Part shown: positions 24,094 through 37,159 of the stretch, piece after piece | Numbering within the stretch: position 1 is the stretch's first letter | How the letters are laid out: every line of letters begins with the position of its first letter | Origin: Folioceros fuciformis | Lineage: Eukaryota | Direction of reading: 5' to 3' | Assembly (NCBI GenBank): GCA_049999805.1 | Contig: JBNGIO010006279.1 | Location: 1-62,532 of the forward strand | DNA length: 62,532 nucleotides | The notes under the pieces: model-generated | Told to the model about the DNA's origin: nothing | Seen by the model: only the letters and a program-made list of their open reading frames with translations | Database searches by the model: none | Program-made: the position numbers and the translations under genes

Positions 24094-25835
24094 CGTGCCG
24101 ATGCACGCTGAAAATGTCGCCAGACCGTATCGAATTGTAACAAACCCTTTTCTCTGTCTGCCGAAGACCTTGTGTAGGCGGAGTACAGTGTTACATACAC
24201 CGTTCCCAGTCTCGCCCGGTCCCTCTCCAGGAGAATAGAGATCAGGTAGGAGAAACCACAGGCAAAGTATCCGTTCCAGCCATGGCTGCTTTGGCGTTCC
24301 ACCTTCTTCAACGTGAGATTCAACGATCAGGTGACACTGCAGGCAGTCAGCATGTATCTTGCAATTGTATGTGAGAAATATCAGCAGCACGCTGAATCAG
24401 GCCACCCACTTCTCGTTCCAGGACAATGGAGATCGAGGAGTGGAAACGACAGCAAAATGTCTTTCCCAGCCCTGGTTTCTTGGGCTTTCTACCTTCTTCG
24501 CATTCGGGGTGAGGGGAGGTTACTAGTACGACAAATTCGTGGAATTCTATCTACGAAGGAGAAATTGAAGCTAGGCACACACCACATAATAAGTCCTACA
24601 CATGATACAACTTCACGGGCCCCGTCAGAAGTCCGGCACAATAAATTAATTCAAAAGCTGGGCACCTCAAAACTCATTAAAATTCATACTGGGTTTCAAG
24701 AGATAAAATTCATATATGCCACTCACAGAAATCATTGCATATGGTGTGAAAACTAAGGATTAATGGAGACTAGCATATATGAAGCTTCCAATGCATGTTA
24801 TATTTTTTATCAAATAGCATTAGGTTTTATGAAATTTAGGGTAGCTTTTATTGTGTTAGTTGCTCTTTGTTGAACTAGTGAATTGCATCANNNNNNNNNN
24901 NNNNNNNNNNNNNNNNNNNNNNNNNNNNNNNNNNNNNNNNNNNNNNNNNNNNNNNNNNNNNNNNNNNNNNNNNNNNNNNNNNNNNNNNNNCCACACAGTA
25001 GTGCAAAGTAGTCTACACTGATCTTCTATGACATTGCTCAAAAGAATTGCTCAAAAGCCTATTGTTGCATGTTTTTTCCACAAAATATTCTCTTTTCATG
25101 TTCTAGAAATAATTTTGTCACAACGCACAAATAATGAAAAGGATAGTAGTGACCTAATGTTGAGGTTATTTTGAAAACCATGGGTTAATCTAACTTGATT
25201 AATATATATATCTTTAGGATTTAATTAACTCAATATTATATAAAAAACATAATTTTGTACACATTATTAATTAAAGTTCTTTTGTTGCATTGCATTATGC
25301 GCTCCTGGCTTAAGAAAGTCTAGAATATTTGTATAACTTGACAAGGTATTATAACTATTAATGCTTTGTGTGTTCTACTGCCAAAGTCATTGACATCTAG
25401 TCTACCTTTATGCTAGCAAATGCACAGCTAGTAATTTAGTGAGTTTAGCATCGCACACCATCCACCTTAGGTGAACGGAGTTCCTTTAAATTACTGACCT
25501 GCATAACATATGTCAATAATCTGCAATTTGGCTGGCTACTACTAGTTCAAAATTACTACAAGGTCTGTGCCTAACGGTTGGATTCTGCCAAATCAAGTAT
25601 TGAAAGATTTTTTTTGGCTTTTTTTCATGGCATATATCCATGATTCATGTTGTTTCATGTGGACGATACCGAAATAAATTGAACATTCAAGATGCACTTC
25701 GTATTCATCATGTTCACCAAGAAACCATGCGAAATTGCAGGTTGGGAACAAGAAGCTTCCTTGATACTATCCAGTTCCATGGTTGGACTGCTGTTCCTGG
25801 CTACAGCCACATGCTATAATAAATTCCAAAATCGG

Positions 25836-26700
25836 CACTACTAGAAGTTGGTAAATGTGAGGGGCTTTTTGGGTTTCAATCAATTATGCATGATTGCGCT
25901 GGTATGCCGCCGCATAGCCGTAGTGCGTGTGCCGGTCTACCAATGCACACACCCATTCAGTGCGCCGGCCAGCTGGTGGACACCCACACAGAGTTCGGGG
26001 GAAGTCTGGCACATGCGTTCGTGGGGGTGCACGGGTAGGTCGGCGCATCCCTAGTCGGAGTGCACCGGTCTACCAATGCACCCCCATAGGATCTGCGACA
26101 ATTGGCTGGAGCACTATTAGAAAAGGCATTCATACTCAGCACTGGCAAACCAAGGGATGCACTTACGGATCACCAACCAAAGCTCTCTACAAACAATGTT
26201 CGAACATGGACATATGACAAGGGTGTGGGGTATACATCAAAGTACTTGGCCAATATGATCTCAATATCTACCAGTTGGTCATCGATTCCATGTAGAGGAT
26301 TTTCTTGATCTCATTTAAGCACATACAAGCTCTGTCTTATAAGGTTTCGAGTGCGAGCATGAAGTTATTTTTGACAGTTCAAATCCATATGCTAAAATAA
26401 AAGTGTCCTTAATAGATAGTGTGTCAATATGCTTCCGAAGTCTTCTGCTTGGCCATCGTATCCGTCCTCGCCTAGAACCCTTGCAAGGATCTTCATTTGG
26501 CAATATCATCTCCTCTTTGTATTGACCTTCAAATGCATTTGAACATTTGGTGACCCACCAATGGACTTTGACAATTGGGATGTCACTATCCTTATCTACA
26601 TCCAACACTTAAGCAGTCCAAAAAGGTCTATTGTCTTCGTCTGTCTCGCATGTGACAACAATCATGTGTCCTACTTCTATCTATAATACATCTCCATTCA
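25836..26700. mobile_element. Degenerate CACTA/EnSpm-like DNA transposon fragment
   Basis: Terminus CACTACTAGAA at 25836 and a second CACTATTAGAA at 26112. Subterminal direct repeat CCGGTCTACCAATGCAC at ~25932 and ~26066. Decayed minus-strand ORF (RPFWTA*VLDVD...KVHWW). No matching far end found. Confidence 0.45.
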
Positions 26701-27699
26701 AGGTGTTGTGGTCGTCGCGTACATGAGCCTCTCTTCCATGCGCGAACACATACATGTCTTTTCTTGGAGCTTCACATGTCCGTGGTGTTGTGCCACACAA
26801 AATCTAGTCTTTCAGCATCTAAATCTTTGGACCTTAAGACTATTTAGTCATGCTATACTTTATATGTATATACTTAGCATAAATTTATATGGGGTGGCTA
26901 GCCCCTACATTGATATACGCATATATTCTACAATAGTGCACATTAGATGCCTCCCCTTGTGTGCTTTCTCTTCTTTGTGCACACCAAGGCTACTGGTGAT
27001 TATTCCACTCTTTGGTGGCTCACTTCACATAAGATTGATGAAAGGAGCAACTTCTCTATTCCCTTTACTTTGATGTAAGTGGGTGATCACAACTAATAAT
27101 ATATAGATGCCTCGCCTTGTGTGCTTCCTCTTTGTTCGTGCACACGAAGGCTATTGGTCATTTTTCCACTCATTTCACTTGATAAGTTTCTTGATGTCAA
27201 TCCGACGATCTTTTGTATCACAACATTGCAACTTTCTTACCCATAAAGAGACATTGAAGTGCACGGTCGCAACACTCAAAGCTTGATTCAATTGTTCAGT
27301 TCACTGTGCACTTTGTGATCACAGTTCTTTTATCAAGAATGCTTTGATTATTCCTTGATCTCAAGATTATTAGCGAACTATCAAAAGAATGCTTGTCCAT
27401 TCTTTCCAAACCCTTATATCCTAGCAACTTCCGTTGCCAACTGCTTCGCAAAACACCCTCAACTACCAAAAATTGCATGCAAAGTTAACTACTAGAGTAA
27501 CTATGTCTACCCGCTACCCTTTTGCGATAACTTTTCATGTATTGATCATCTTGCTAGTCAAAATGCTTCGTCATTATCCTCTCGGTGTGCTTGTTTTCTT
27601 GAGTTTGTTAACCAACTAGATATTGTCCTGCACAACAAGTTCACAGGGACGTGCTGCTCTACTAGACTTTCTAAGTCTTGACAAGGGCCACAGTCCACA

Positions 27700-29283
27700 T
27701 TTGTAGGACCAACATATTCTTGTGAGTTCAAAGAGAAAGATAAATTTGACACAAAACCAATTCATTTCGAGAGCTGGAAGCACGTATGAGAGCTAACCTG
27801 GATGCTCGTGATGTTCTCGAGTATGTAGAAGGCACCATTGCCAATCCATTTCTTTTACCAGCTATGACTGCAATACAACCCTATGCCGATGACAAGGCAA
27901 AATGGAAGAAAGGTAACAAGGTTGCATGTGCCATCCTGCGGTCAGGCTTGGATAAGACCACAGTCACTGAGGTTGACTCTCTTCAGTCAATAGAATCTGT
28001 ATGGAAACACCTACATGACACGTATCAAGTTAAGAACGTCTGTACCATGATGAATGTAGGCAATGATTTTCACAATTCAAGATTGAAGGAGGGGGAACCA
28101 GTTGGTGCTCATGTCACTAAGTTGAGGTACCTACGGGCACATCTTGCCACGTTAGGTACCAAAAATAACTGAAGTGGAGATGATAGCAAAGCTATTGTCC
28201 AACCTACCTTCATCCTACCAAACATTCATATCCACCCAAAATGCCACCTTGCGTGATGCTTACGCAGCAACAGGAAGCGGTCAACCTTCTACTTTAAATC
28301 TAAATGAGATAATTAAGGCACTCCTGCAAGAGGAGTGAAGCTGTCACCGTTCTCATTTTAGTTCACGGCTGCATGGTGAGAAAATTTTAATAGCTGCAAA
28401 AGATAAGAATCAATGGAAAGGGAAGGATAAAAGTATGAAGACTAACTCGAATTCTTCTAGTATCTATTCCTCACAACTAAGCGTACAGGCAATTGCAATT
28501 GGTGCCAAATCCCTAGGCACTGGGAACGTGATTGTAGAAAGAAGAAGGCTGGAGAGCCAAAAAATGATGCAAGATCAGAGGCTCATGTTTCATCAAAGGA
28601 AACAAAATCTAAGAATGGACAACAACAACCTCATAGCAACAGTTCTGTACTTACAATTTGCTTGAACTCGACCACAGAGAACAATCAACACTGGTTCATT
28701 GATTCGGGAGCTACTGCTCATGTATGCAACAACTGATCGATGTTTTCCTCCTTCCACAAACAGCAGACTCCTCAATCAATATTTGTGGGTGATTCGCGAG
28801 GCATTGAGGTAAAAGGGACAAGTGTAGTTGACATACCTCTCCTTGATGGGTCAACCTTGCATCTTCAGGATGTCTCGTTTGTCCCAACCATGAGTAGAAA
28901 TTTGTTGTCCATTAGAGCCATTGCTTAGAGTAACCTATATGGTTTTCATTTTGAAGATAGGAAATGCTACTTGTATCTTCTTACATGTCCAGAGAGCCCC
29001 TTGCCAAGGCTGTCTTAGTACATGATTTGTATCAGCTGGTCACAGTGTCTAAGTCACGTACTAGAGCTGTACTTGCTGCTTACAACTTGAAGGCTAATCT
29101 TTGGCATGCTAGGTTGGCCCATAATAACAAGTCAAAGTTGGATCTTATGTCTAACTCCACTTTCTATAGATACTAGAGCTCTACTTGCTGCTTACAACTT
29201 GAAGGCTAATCTTTGGCATGCTAGGTTGGCCCATGATAATAAGTCAAAGTTGGATCTTATGTCTTAACTTCACTTTCTATAGA
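27700..29283 (+). mobile_element. Truncated, decayed Ty1/Copia element (gag, zinc knuckle, protease, GAG-pre-integrase)
   Basis: FESWKARMRANLDARDVLEYVEG (gag), CNWCQIPRHWERDC (knuckle), WFIDSGATAHVCNN (protease), LWHARLAHNN. Stops and frameshifts throughout. Ends in a ~113-bp tandem duplication. Confidence 0.9.
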
Positions 29284-29678
29284 GTAATTTTAAGACTACC
29301 GATTAAAAGAGTTTTTTCCTCACTAGAATTTTCAGTATTTTTTATGAAAATTCTTAATATTTCTATTCTAACTAGATCTACAATTGACCTCGGTGCATGG
29401 AAACCCTTGCTTAAATAAGTAAAATTTAAAATAAATATTTCAGCAAAATTTAAAATAAATTATATGCATATTTATGTAGAAAAAACCTAAACTCTATAAA
29501 ATGGTTGTTTTCTTTTGAATTATTCGACATAGAAACAATACCTCTAAGCACAAAACGGTATGAGGAGAAACTCTTTATTTCACACACTTTTAAATGTATA
29601 TGCTTTCTTGGAGCCGCATAATTGGTAGTAAACAAACTTCATGATCTGGATATCAAAGCTTGACGGATTCCGAGAGCT

Positions 29679-31157
29679 CTATGGTTGGACATCTTTGTTT
29701 GGCTTGAAAGTGAGGAGCCCAAGATATGACCATGGAGACATGTCCCTCGTCGGGGTCTCTTCCAACAATTCCCAAACCTGGTGGATATAGTCAAACATCA
29801 CTATGTTTTGAGAAGGGATGGACTCATCTCCGCTGAAATAGATCGCGAGTTCATCAGCATCCAGAATGGTCAGGTCTTTGTAGAATCGAGCGTGGAAGGA
29901 TCTTGAAGCGCGCAGGCTGCCTAGAAGCTCTTGTGGCATATCCGACATCCGTTCCCATCTCGGCTGCTGGTGCTGGGTGGGCGAGTTATGCCCTACCAAC
30001 TCCAAAACTCGCATAAGAGTGATTATCGGTCTACCAACTGAGTCCGTCTTATACACTTTTTCGGTGCGTCCGAGGGCCCACGGACTCCCATGTGTGTCCA
30101 TTATCTGCACTCTTTGGCTGCGTGTGATGATCGCGAACCCCCTTCTACGAAATATGTCCGATATCCACATTGTTTCGCTGCCTGTGCTGGCCGTCGATGG
30201 AGCAACGAAGTCCGTCACAAGTTTTCTTTCGCTGGCTGTCACAACTAGGAAGATCCTGTCGCTACATCCAGCCAGCGTCATGCTTAAGAACTGGCCTTCT
30301 ATGTCCAGACTTTCACAGGAAACTTCGTCAATGAAGGTCCACTCCTGAGCTTCAAGGTCGAATCTCCAGATCTCCATGCTGGGGCCACCAACAGATATCG
30401 CGTCTTTGCCTCTGAAGAGGCAATATAATCTTCCTCCGGAGCAACACTTCCTGATGCTTTCAATACCGTTCCACCTCCGATTTGCCAATGGGGGCCAAGA
30501 ATCGCACGTCCTCCATTCTCCCCACCTAGAACGAAAAATGACCAGCCTCGGAGTCAAGGTCCCGATGAAGAGCAGAATGCTGTATTCTCGGGCTACGTGG
30601 CGGTTGTCCTCCGACTGAACCATCTTGAATAGGGTCAGTTGTGAATCATTGTCTTCCCAAACAGGCAGACTTCTTCTTGTTGATGGCGACAGCGGGTTAA
30701 GCACCTCCATGTGGTGCCGGTACCGGTGGAACCTGTTTTGCTCTAAAACCAGCTGGCCTCTCCACAAAACCACAAGCCCGTTATTCCCTGCTTCCAACAG
30801 GTTGTAGGTGTCCGATTGACTAACAGGTGGCCACGCTGGTACACGCTGTCGCAACCATCTTGTGTGTAGAGGATTGTGGATTTGTAGTACTTCATCCCTG
30901 CCATAAATATGTCCTGCTCTTACTGTCCTCAAAAGTATCGCAGACAACAAACTGGAATACTTGACCAAGCAGGTACCAGTCGTCCGCACTTTACACGAGC
31001 TACATGCCTCTCGCCAACGCTTACACACCAGTTCTGCGGATAGGAGGTGGGAATAGCGCAAACACGGTAGAACGTGTTCGGAGAAAGCATCGAACATCCC
31101 GTAATTCAAATCTTGCAAGCAATTATCCTCCACCAACTCGCCCCCACCATCCATCAT
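29679..31157 (-). CDS. F-box protein, copy 2 (492 aa)
   Basis: Intact ORF with F-box LQDLNYGMFDAFSEHVLPCLRYSHLLSAELVCKRWREAC. Collinear with copies 1 and 3. Confidence 0.9.
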   Translation of the reverse strand: MMDGGGELVEDNCLQDLNYGMFDAFSEHVLPCLRYSHLLSAELVCKRWREACSSCKVRTTGTCLVKYSSLLSAILLRTVRAGHIYGRDEVLQIHNPLHTRWLRQRVPAWPPVSQSDTYNLLEAGNNGLVVLWRGQLVLEQNRFHRYRHHMEVLNPLSPSTRRSLPVWEDNDSQLTLFKMVQSEDNRHVAREYSILLFIGTLTPRLVIFRSRWGEWRTCDSWPPLANRRWNGIESIRKCCSGGRLYCLFRGKDAISVGGPSMEIWRFDLEAQEWTFIDEVSCESLDIEGQFLSMTLAGCSDRIFLVVTASERKLVTDFVAPSTASTGSETMWISDIFRRRGFAIITRSQRVQIMDTHGSPWALGRTEKVYKTDSVGRPIITLMRVLELVGHNSPTQHQQPRWERMSDMPQELLGSLRASRSFHARFYKDLTILDADELAIYFSGDESIPSQNIVMFDYIHQVWELLEETPTRDMSPWSYLGLLTFKPNKDVQP

Positions 31158-32116
31158 GCCGGTGCACGCTGAAAATGTCGGCAGACCGTATCAAGTTGTA
31201 ACAAACCCTTTTCTCTGTCTGCCGAAGACCTTTTGCAGGCGGAATACAGTGTTACATACATCGTTCCCAGTCTCGCCCGGTCCCTCTCCAGGAGAATAGG
31301 GATCAGGCAGGAGAAACGACAGGCGAAGTATCCGTTCCAGCGGTGGTTGCTTTGGCGTTCCACCTTCTTCAGGGTGAGATTCCGATCAGGTGACACTGAA
31401 GGCAGTCAGCATGTATCTTGCACTTGTATGCGAGAAATATCAGCAGCACGCTTCAGGCCACCCGACTTCTCGTTCCAGGACAATGGAGATCGAGGAGTGG
31501 AAACGACACGCAAAATGTCTTTCCCAGCCTTGGTTTCTTCGGCGTTCCACCTTCTTCGAATTCGGGGTGAGTGGAGGTAGTCAGCATGTAGCTTGCACTC
31601 ATCTGATAAATATCAAAAGCACGTCTTACGCCACACGACCTCTGGTACCCTTTCTCACATTAGGGCACAAACACACGAGCTGAGTGAGAATCCTGAGAAG
31701 GGATATCTCCGTATCCCGGCTTGTCCCACTGTCTCTGAGGACGGGGCGAGGCGGGGCGGATCATGAAGATCGATGTCGCAACAAGAACTGTGCTGATTAG
31801 AGGCAAGGCCATAGCATCTGTTATCTGCTCTACATGTTGCGTTCCAGTCACCTTTGAAATGCGGAGGGCAATCTGCTGTAAAAGCTCCCCTATTATCCAT
31901 CGTGAGGTGGCATTGATAACTGATCACTGCCCGACGTCGTCTGTGATCACTGAAGCCACCCAAGCCTGCATCAGATGCTGATTTCCTTTCCGGCACGGCT
32001 ATGATTCAGCACACTGTCAGTCGCTTGTTCATGAGTTCTTGAAATGACTCACTACCAACCTGGATTTGATGGCGTTTTAAGGCTGTAGACACTGTTTCAA
32101 GAAAAGCTAGCACAGT

Positions 32117-32390
32117 TGGGAAGCAATTGTTCTGGCGGAGGAAACTCTGTGACAAGAAAAAGCTCTGGACATCATCTCCAGAACAAAAGGCCTGTGCTTC
32201 AGGGCATAGTTGGGAAGCATTTGTTCGGGCGGAGGGAACTGGGAGACAAGAAAAAGCTCTGGACATCGTCTCCAGAACAAGAGGCTTGTACTTCAGGGCA
32301 TAGTTGGGAAGTATTTGTTCTGGCGGAGGAAACTGGGAGACGAGAAAAAGCTCTGGACATCGTAAACAGAACAACAGGTCTGTGCTTCAG
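32117..32390. repeat. 94-bp tandem repeat (3 copies) upstream of F-box copy 2
   Basis: GAC(A/G)AGAAAAAGCTCTGGACATC recurs at 32151, 32245 and 32339. Confidence 0.9.
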
Positions 32391-32701
32391 GGGACCTCAA
32401 CTGATACCCCAGCAGAGTAACTGTGTCTGTCCCTGCCATCGCGCTCATCCATGTCAACACTGAAACGCATCCAGAAATCCGCGTCATTTCCTAGTCGCAT
32501 AGCGGGGAGTATGCAAACCTTATGGTCAGACTGCAAGCGACGAAGCTGAAAGCTGAGGCCAACAACAAAGCCAGAGCGCAAGACGAAGTCTGAAGGTCCT
32601 GTGAGTCATCTGGTGTATTTCATACGCCCGTACATTGTCACGGAATGAACGTCCATCGTTCAGGTTCAGATTTGCGAGTGTTTAAGTGTTATCATTGGTT
32701 A

Positions 32702-33467
32702 TGTGGGATACTGGTTACGTTGTTAGCCGGGGTACGCCTCTGAAGATACCTATACCTGTAAAAGGGCGGACATCTACCAGGCATATTCCATTCCACAGGT
32801 CCGTGATGGGCTATGCCCCCTACACAGACTAGCAATCAGTGCTCCTAAATGCATAAGGTTCCAGATCAGTGATATGTTACTTGATTGCCTTCCTGCACTT
32901 GTGATGTTGTGGCTAGGAACTTGTGGTGGGATTGGTATGGTAGGACGCCTTCAGTTGTTGACGTTGCATCACTCCCTCGATCTTTCAAGTCCCGTATCCA
33001 TAATGCAGTATCACGTGGTGCGCAGGAAGCAGAACGCACACCTCGTTGAGTCAACGAAACACAAGNNNNNNNNNNTGCGCAGGAAGCAGAACGCACACCT
33101 CGTTGAGTCAACGAAACACAAGGCTACTAGACTGACTCCAAAGCACAATCCATAGATGGAGATTACAGCTGATGGTACGACAAGATCTAGCAGCAGAGAC
33201 AGGCGTATAGGCCCTCTGCTTGACTATGGCTACGAAGGCCAAGGCTTTATACCACATTCTTGCTAGTCTAGATATTCCACTGTTAGTCTAGATATTCCAC
33301 TGTAAAGCTCCAGAAACCCCTTTCTTCCTCTCAATACAAAATATCTTATTGTCTACTCTTTGTGGCTCCTAAGGTCTTCCCTCCTAATTCGTCTTACATC
33401 ACTGGATGGGCATCCTTCGTCCTTCCCTTGATGGCTTTTCCCCTCAGTCACCTGCTCAGCTGTCACA
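32702..33467 (-). mobile_element. Possible solo LTR
   Basis: Begins exactly where homology to the copy-3 flank breaks. TGTG...CACA termini and a TATAAA on the minus strand. No TSD visible. Confidence 0.35.
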
Positions 33468-34499
33468 TCAGGAGCCTCTACACTTAAGAGTTACATACGC
33501 CTTGTCTGCTAGGGTCCCAATGTCGCAATATATGCCACACTTTGGCCTGGCTGCTTCCATTCTCTTATAGATGATGTTCGAGCCACATAAATGCTTTGCA
33601 AACTTCATTAAAGCAGCAAGCCCACGGAAGTGTATGGATTGGATTTTGCATCAACTGATGAATGAGATAGGATGCGAATTACTAGTACCTTGATTTCACC
33701 AAAGCTGGGGATACAATCTAAATTCAAAGCTAGAGAACGTATATGAACATGTTTTGTCTAAAGTGAGAACCATCCAAGATGCAACTATCAAATTCCTGAT
33801 AGACCTCGGGTCGACTATTGCATATTGCATGTCCTCTGAAGATAGCAAGAGGATATATGTTATTGAGGCACCACACTCACTGTAGGAATTTTGTAGTTGT
33901 GGGATGAGGCAAAAAGGTTTCTTTGCAAACATGTTGTGAAGGTGCAACAGTTTTGTGGTATATTTGAACATACATATTTATACATATTGCACCCTTGCAT
34001 GGTGTACTAATGGATATCATACAGGAGCGGAGAAAGGAGACAACGCATTATCTAACCTCCATGTTGTTGTGCAAATGATGTGTAAAAAATGCATAATTTG
34101 CAAGATTTGATGTGGCAAAGCACGAATTGTACTATGACACCTAGTTTGAGGTACCTAAGAAACTTGGAGGAGTTCAAGTTGAAAAGACGTCTAGACCTGG
34201 ATGTATGATTATTTCAAGCATTGTGGAAGCCAACCCTGCTATTTTATTTGATGTCTATGCAATAATGGATTATTCTTCCATTTTTGCACAAACGTATTAT
34301 CCCTAAACTCTAATACGATGTTATGCTCACGGCCAAGGAAGAAGAAAGGCACTTGACAGTTGTAGAAGGAACTACTATGTCATGACACTTGTAGTGGTTT
34401 TGTTTAAATTGCTAGTTAGGGGAGGAGGGTGTTCAACCCTCTTTGTTGTTTTAGATTTTGGTTGCTAGGAGTAAGTGAATGGTTTGCTTTTTGTTGTTG

Positions 34500-34830
34500 A
34501 GTGTAAGTGAGTGGTTGTGTTTTTTGGTGTTCCATCAAGCTATCTTTGGTGTTTAGTCAAGTTGTCTTTTTTAGTGTTGAGCCAGGCTATCTTTTTGATG
34601 TTGAGGTGGGGTGTGTTTTTGGTGTTGAGTCGAGCTCTCTTTTTGGTGTTGAGTAGGGCTCTCTTTTTGGTGTTGAGCTAGGCTATCTTCGGCATTGAGG
34701 AAGGTTATCTTCGGTGTTGAGGAAGGCTATCTTCGATGTTGAGCTAGGCTATCTTCGGTGTGGAGCCAGGTTCTGTTTGGTGTTTGGCCAGGCTCTGTTT
34801 GGTGTTCGGCCAAGATCTGTTTCGTGTTCA
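34500..34830. repeat. Degenerate ~21-22-bp tandem repeat
   Basis: Many variants of GGTGTTGAGCCAGGCTATCTT(T/C). Confidence 0.8.
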
Positions 34831-35114
34831 GGGTTGTTTTTTGTTTTTTTGTCTTGCTTAAGCCTAAGTTCGGCCAAAGCTTCGAAAGTTGCACACGCTG
34901 CTAACAATAATCGTACAATGGACAAAGAGTAAAACTTAGACTATGCTTCATGCTAGAAGAATACACTACTAAATAATGGAAGGTAGAAGAATGGCAACTA
35001 CTGCTTGTAGCCAACCCAATCCTCAAAATAATGCAATGCAGAAGAATGACAACTCTTGCTCTCTAGCCAACCCAATCCCCAATCCCGTAATGCTCGCTCC
35101 CCTGCCAAAGCCCT

Positions 35115-35200
35115 TGTCATCCCCCAACCTCCCTGTAAATGCCATCCCCCAACCTCCCTGTAATGTCATCCCTCAACCTCCCTGTAAATGTCATCCCCCA
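35115..35200. repeat. ~23-24-bp tandem repeat running into an assembly gap
   Basis: TGTCATCCCCCAACCTCCCTGTAAA, about 3.5 copies. Confidence 0.8.
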
Positions 35201-35627
35201 NNNNNNNNNNNNNNNNNNNNNNNNNNNNNNNNNNNNNNNNNNNNNNNNNNNNNNNNNNNNNNNNNNNNNNNNNNNNNNNNNNNNNNNNNNNNNNNNNNNN
35301 ACTAATCTGTGATGATATTGCTGAAAAGCTTACTATTGTATATTTTTTACACAAATATTTTCTTTTTATGTTCTGGAAACAATTTCTTCACAAGCGCACG
35401 AGTAATATGAAGGATGTTAGTGACCTTCGATGCGTCTACAAATGGTTGTTTAAAGGGCGAATCATTCCAAGTTTAGTCTTTTTTTTTTTCTTTCTTCTTT
35501 CAATGTTCCTAGTACTTTGAATTTAAATTCAAAGTATTAGGAACTTCATTAGCATGCTGAAACCAGCCGGTGCACACAAGTATGCAACAAGAACCAGTTG
35601 GCCCTTGCGTACAACAAGAGCTCGCTG

Positions 35628-35823
35628 GCATGAACAATTGCTAGCTAAAAAGTGCCACCAATAGCTCACTAGGACGAACAACTGCTAGCTAAAAAGTGCC
35701 ATGAATAGCACATTAGTATGAATAACTCCTAGCTAAAAAATGCCACTAATAGCTCACTAGCATGAACAACTCCTAACTTAAAAGTGCTACTAATAGCTCA
35801 TGAGCATGAACAACTCCTAGCTA
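35628..35823. repeat. ~44-bp tandem repeat, about 4.5 copies
   Basis: GCATGAACAACTCCTAGCTAAAAAGTGCCACTAATAGCTCACTA variants. Confidence 0.85.
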
Positions 35824-35835
35824 GGAGCTGGCTAC

Positions 35836-36101
35836 CCTATGCAATGGCACCCCAAGGATTGGTTAGTGTGTGCCCTATTCAATGCCACTCTAAGAATTGG
35901 TAGGTGTGTGCCCTATGCAATGGCAACCCAAGAATTGATTGGTGTGTGCCCAATGCAATGGCACCCCAAGGATTGGTTAGTGTGTGCTCTATTCAATGCC
36001 ACCCTAAAGAATTGGTTGGTGTGTGCCCTATGCAATGGCACCCTAGGAATTGGCTGGTGTGTGCCTAATGCAATGGCACCCCAAGCATTGGTTGGTGTGT
36101 A
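35836..36101. repeat. 38-bp tandem repeat, 7 copies
   Basis: CCCTATGCAATGGCACCCCAAGGATTGGTTAGTGTGTG variants. Confidence 0.9.
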
Positions 36102-37159
36102 TCAACCAACTCCAAATATACACATGCTTACCAACACAAAAGACCCACATGGTTACCAACTCTAAATACACATACATGCTTAGCTAAAAAAAAATCTTGT
36201 TTCTAAGAGGTTGGCACGTGTAAGGGCAGGCCACTCCCTCTATAACTTTCTAATATTTTTCTAATATTTTACTATAATTTGAGGATTTGTTAATTTCAAA
36301 GATTGTTTTATCATGTTCTATCCTTGTTGTGCACCTTTGTAGTTTGAATATGAGCCAATGTTTACTAGTCCTCATCTTTCTCCTCATGATCTTGAAGAAG
36401 GGAAAGGTTTTATTTATTTTATAAAGACGAGAGGGGAAAAAGAGGGAGATAGATCATGATCGGAACACTAGGTCTAACCCCCTTCAAGCCTAGTGACTAC
36501 CAATAGCACTTAAAATATCATGGTCTGGAAGTAGAAAGGGTTAACTTACCACTAGAATTGTTAACAGCTTGCACTTAAAAAGCAGTAGAAACCTTTGTCG
36601 TATCTTGCTTCTTGAGATGTTTGGCTTAGACTCAACTCCAAGTGCTGATGATGTGTATCTCTTTCTAGCATACCATATGGATCGAGAGCATGAGAGCTTG
36701 AACAAATTTTTGTTTGAAATTATGAGAAAAAAAATAATAAAAATCCAAGAGCAAGAGTAATTTTAAGACAAACGGTTGAAAAAGCTTTTTCCTCATTAGA
36801 ATGTTTAGTATCTTTTATGAAATTCTTAGCAGTTCTATTCACTAGAATTTTGAGGTTTATGAGGTTTAGTATGCTGGATAGATCTACGATTGACCTTGGT
36901 ACATGAAAACCCTTGAATCAAGAAACATTTAAAATCGAGTATATTTATATTTATTTAAAAGAAGCTCTTAAACTCTGTGAAATGGTCATTTTCTTTTAAA
37001 TTATTCAGCATAGAAAAAAAACTCTCTAAGCAGAAGACGGTACGAGGAGAAACCCTTTATTACACAGCTGTTAAATGTACATGATTTTTGGAAGCCGCAT
37101 AATTGGTAGTAAACAAACTTCAGGATCTGGATATCAAAGCTTCGCGGATTCGGAGAGCT

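Noticed and set aside
24094-24390. 99-aa N-terminal extension of F-box copy 1 in the ORF track
   Set aside because: Non-ATG start, and the same region is out of frame in copies 2 and 3; likely 5' leader.
24521-24560. Possible Helitron 3' end (CTAG|T on minus) at the copy-1 upstream breakpoint
   Set aside because: No convincing GC-rich subterminal hairpin, and the other end is lost in a gap.
33020-33122. Exact ~45-bp direct repeat around a 10-N gap
   Set aside because: Typical scaffold overlap artefact.
35628-36101. Regular 38-44-bp repeats resembling a CRISPR array
   Set aside because: No unique spacers, no cas genes, and a eukaryotic context; these are plain minisatellites.
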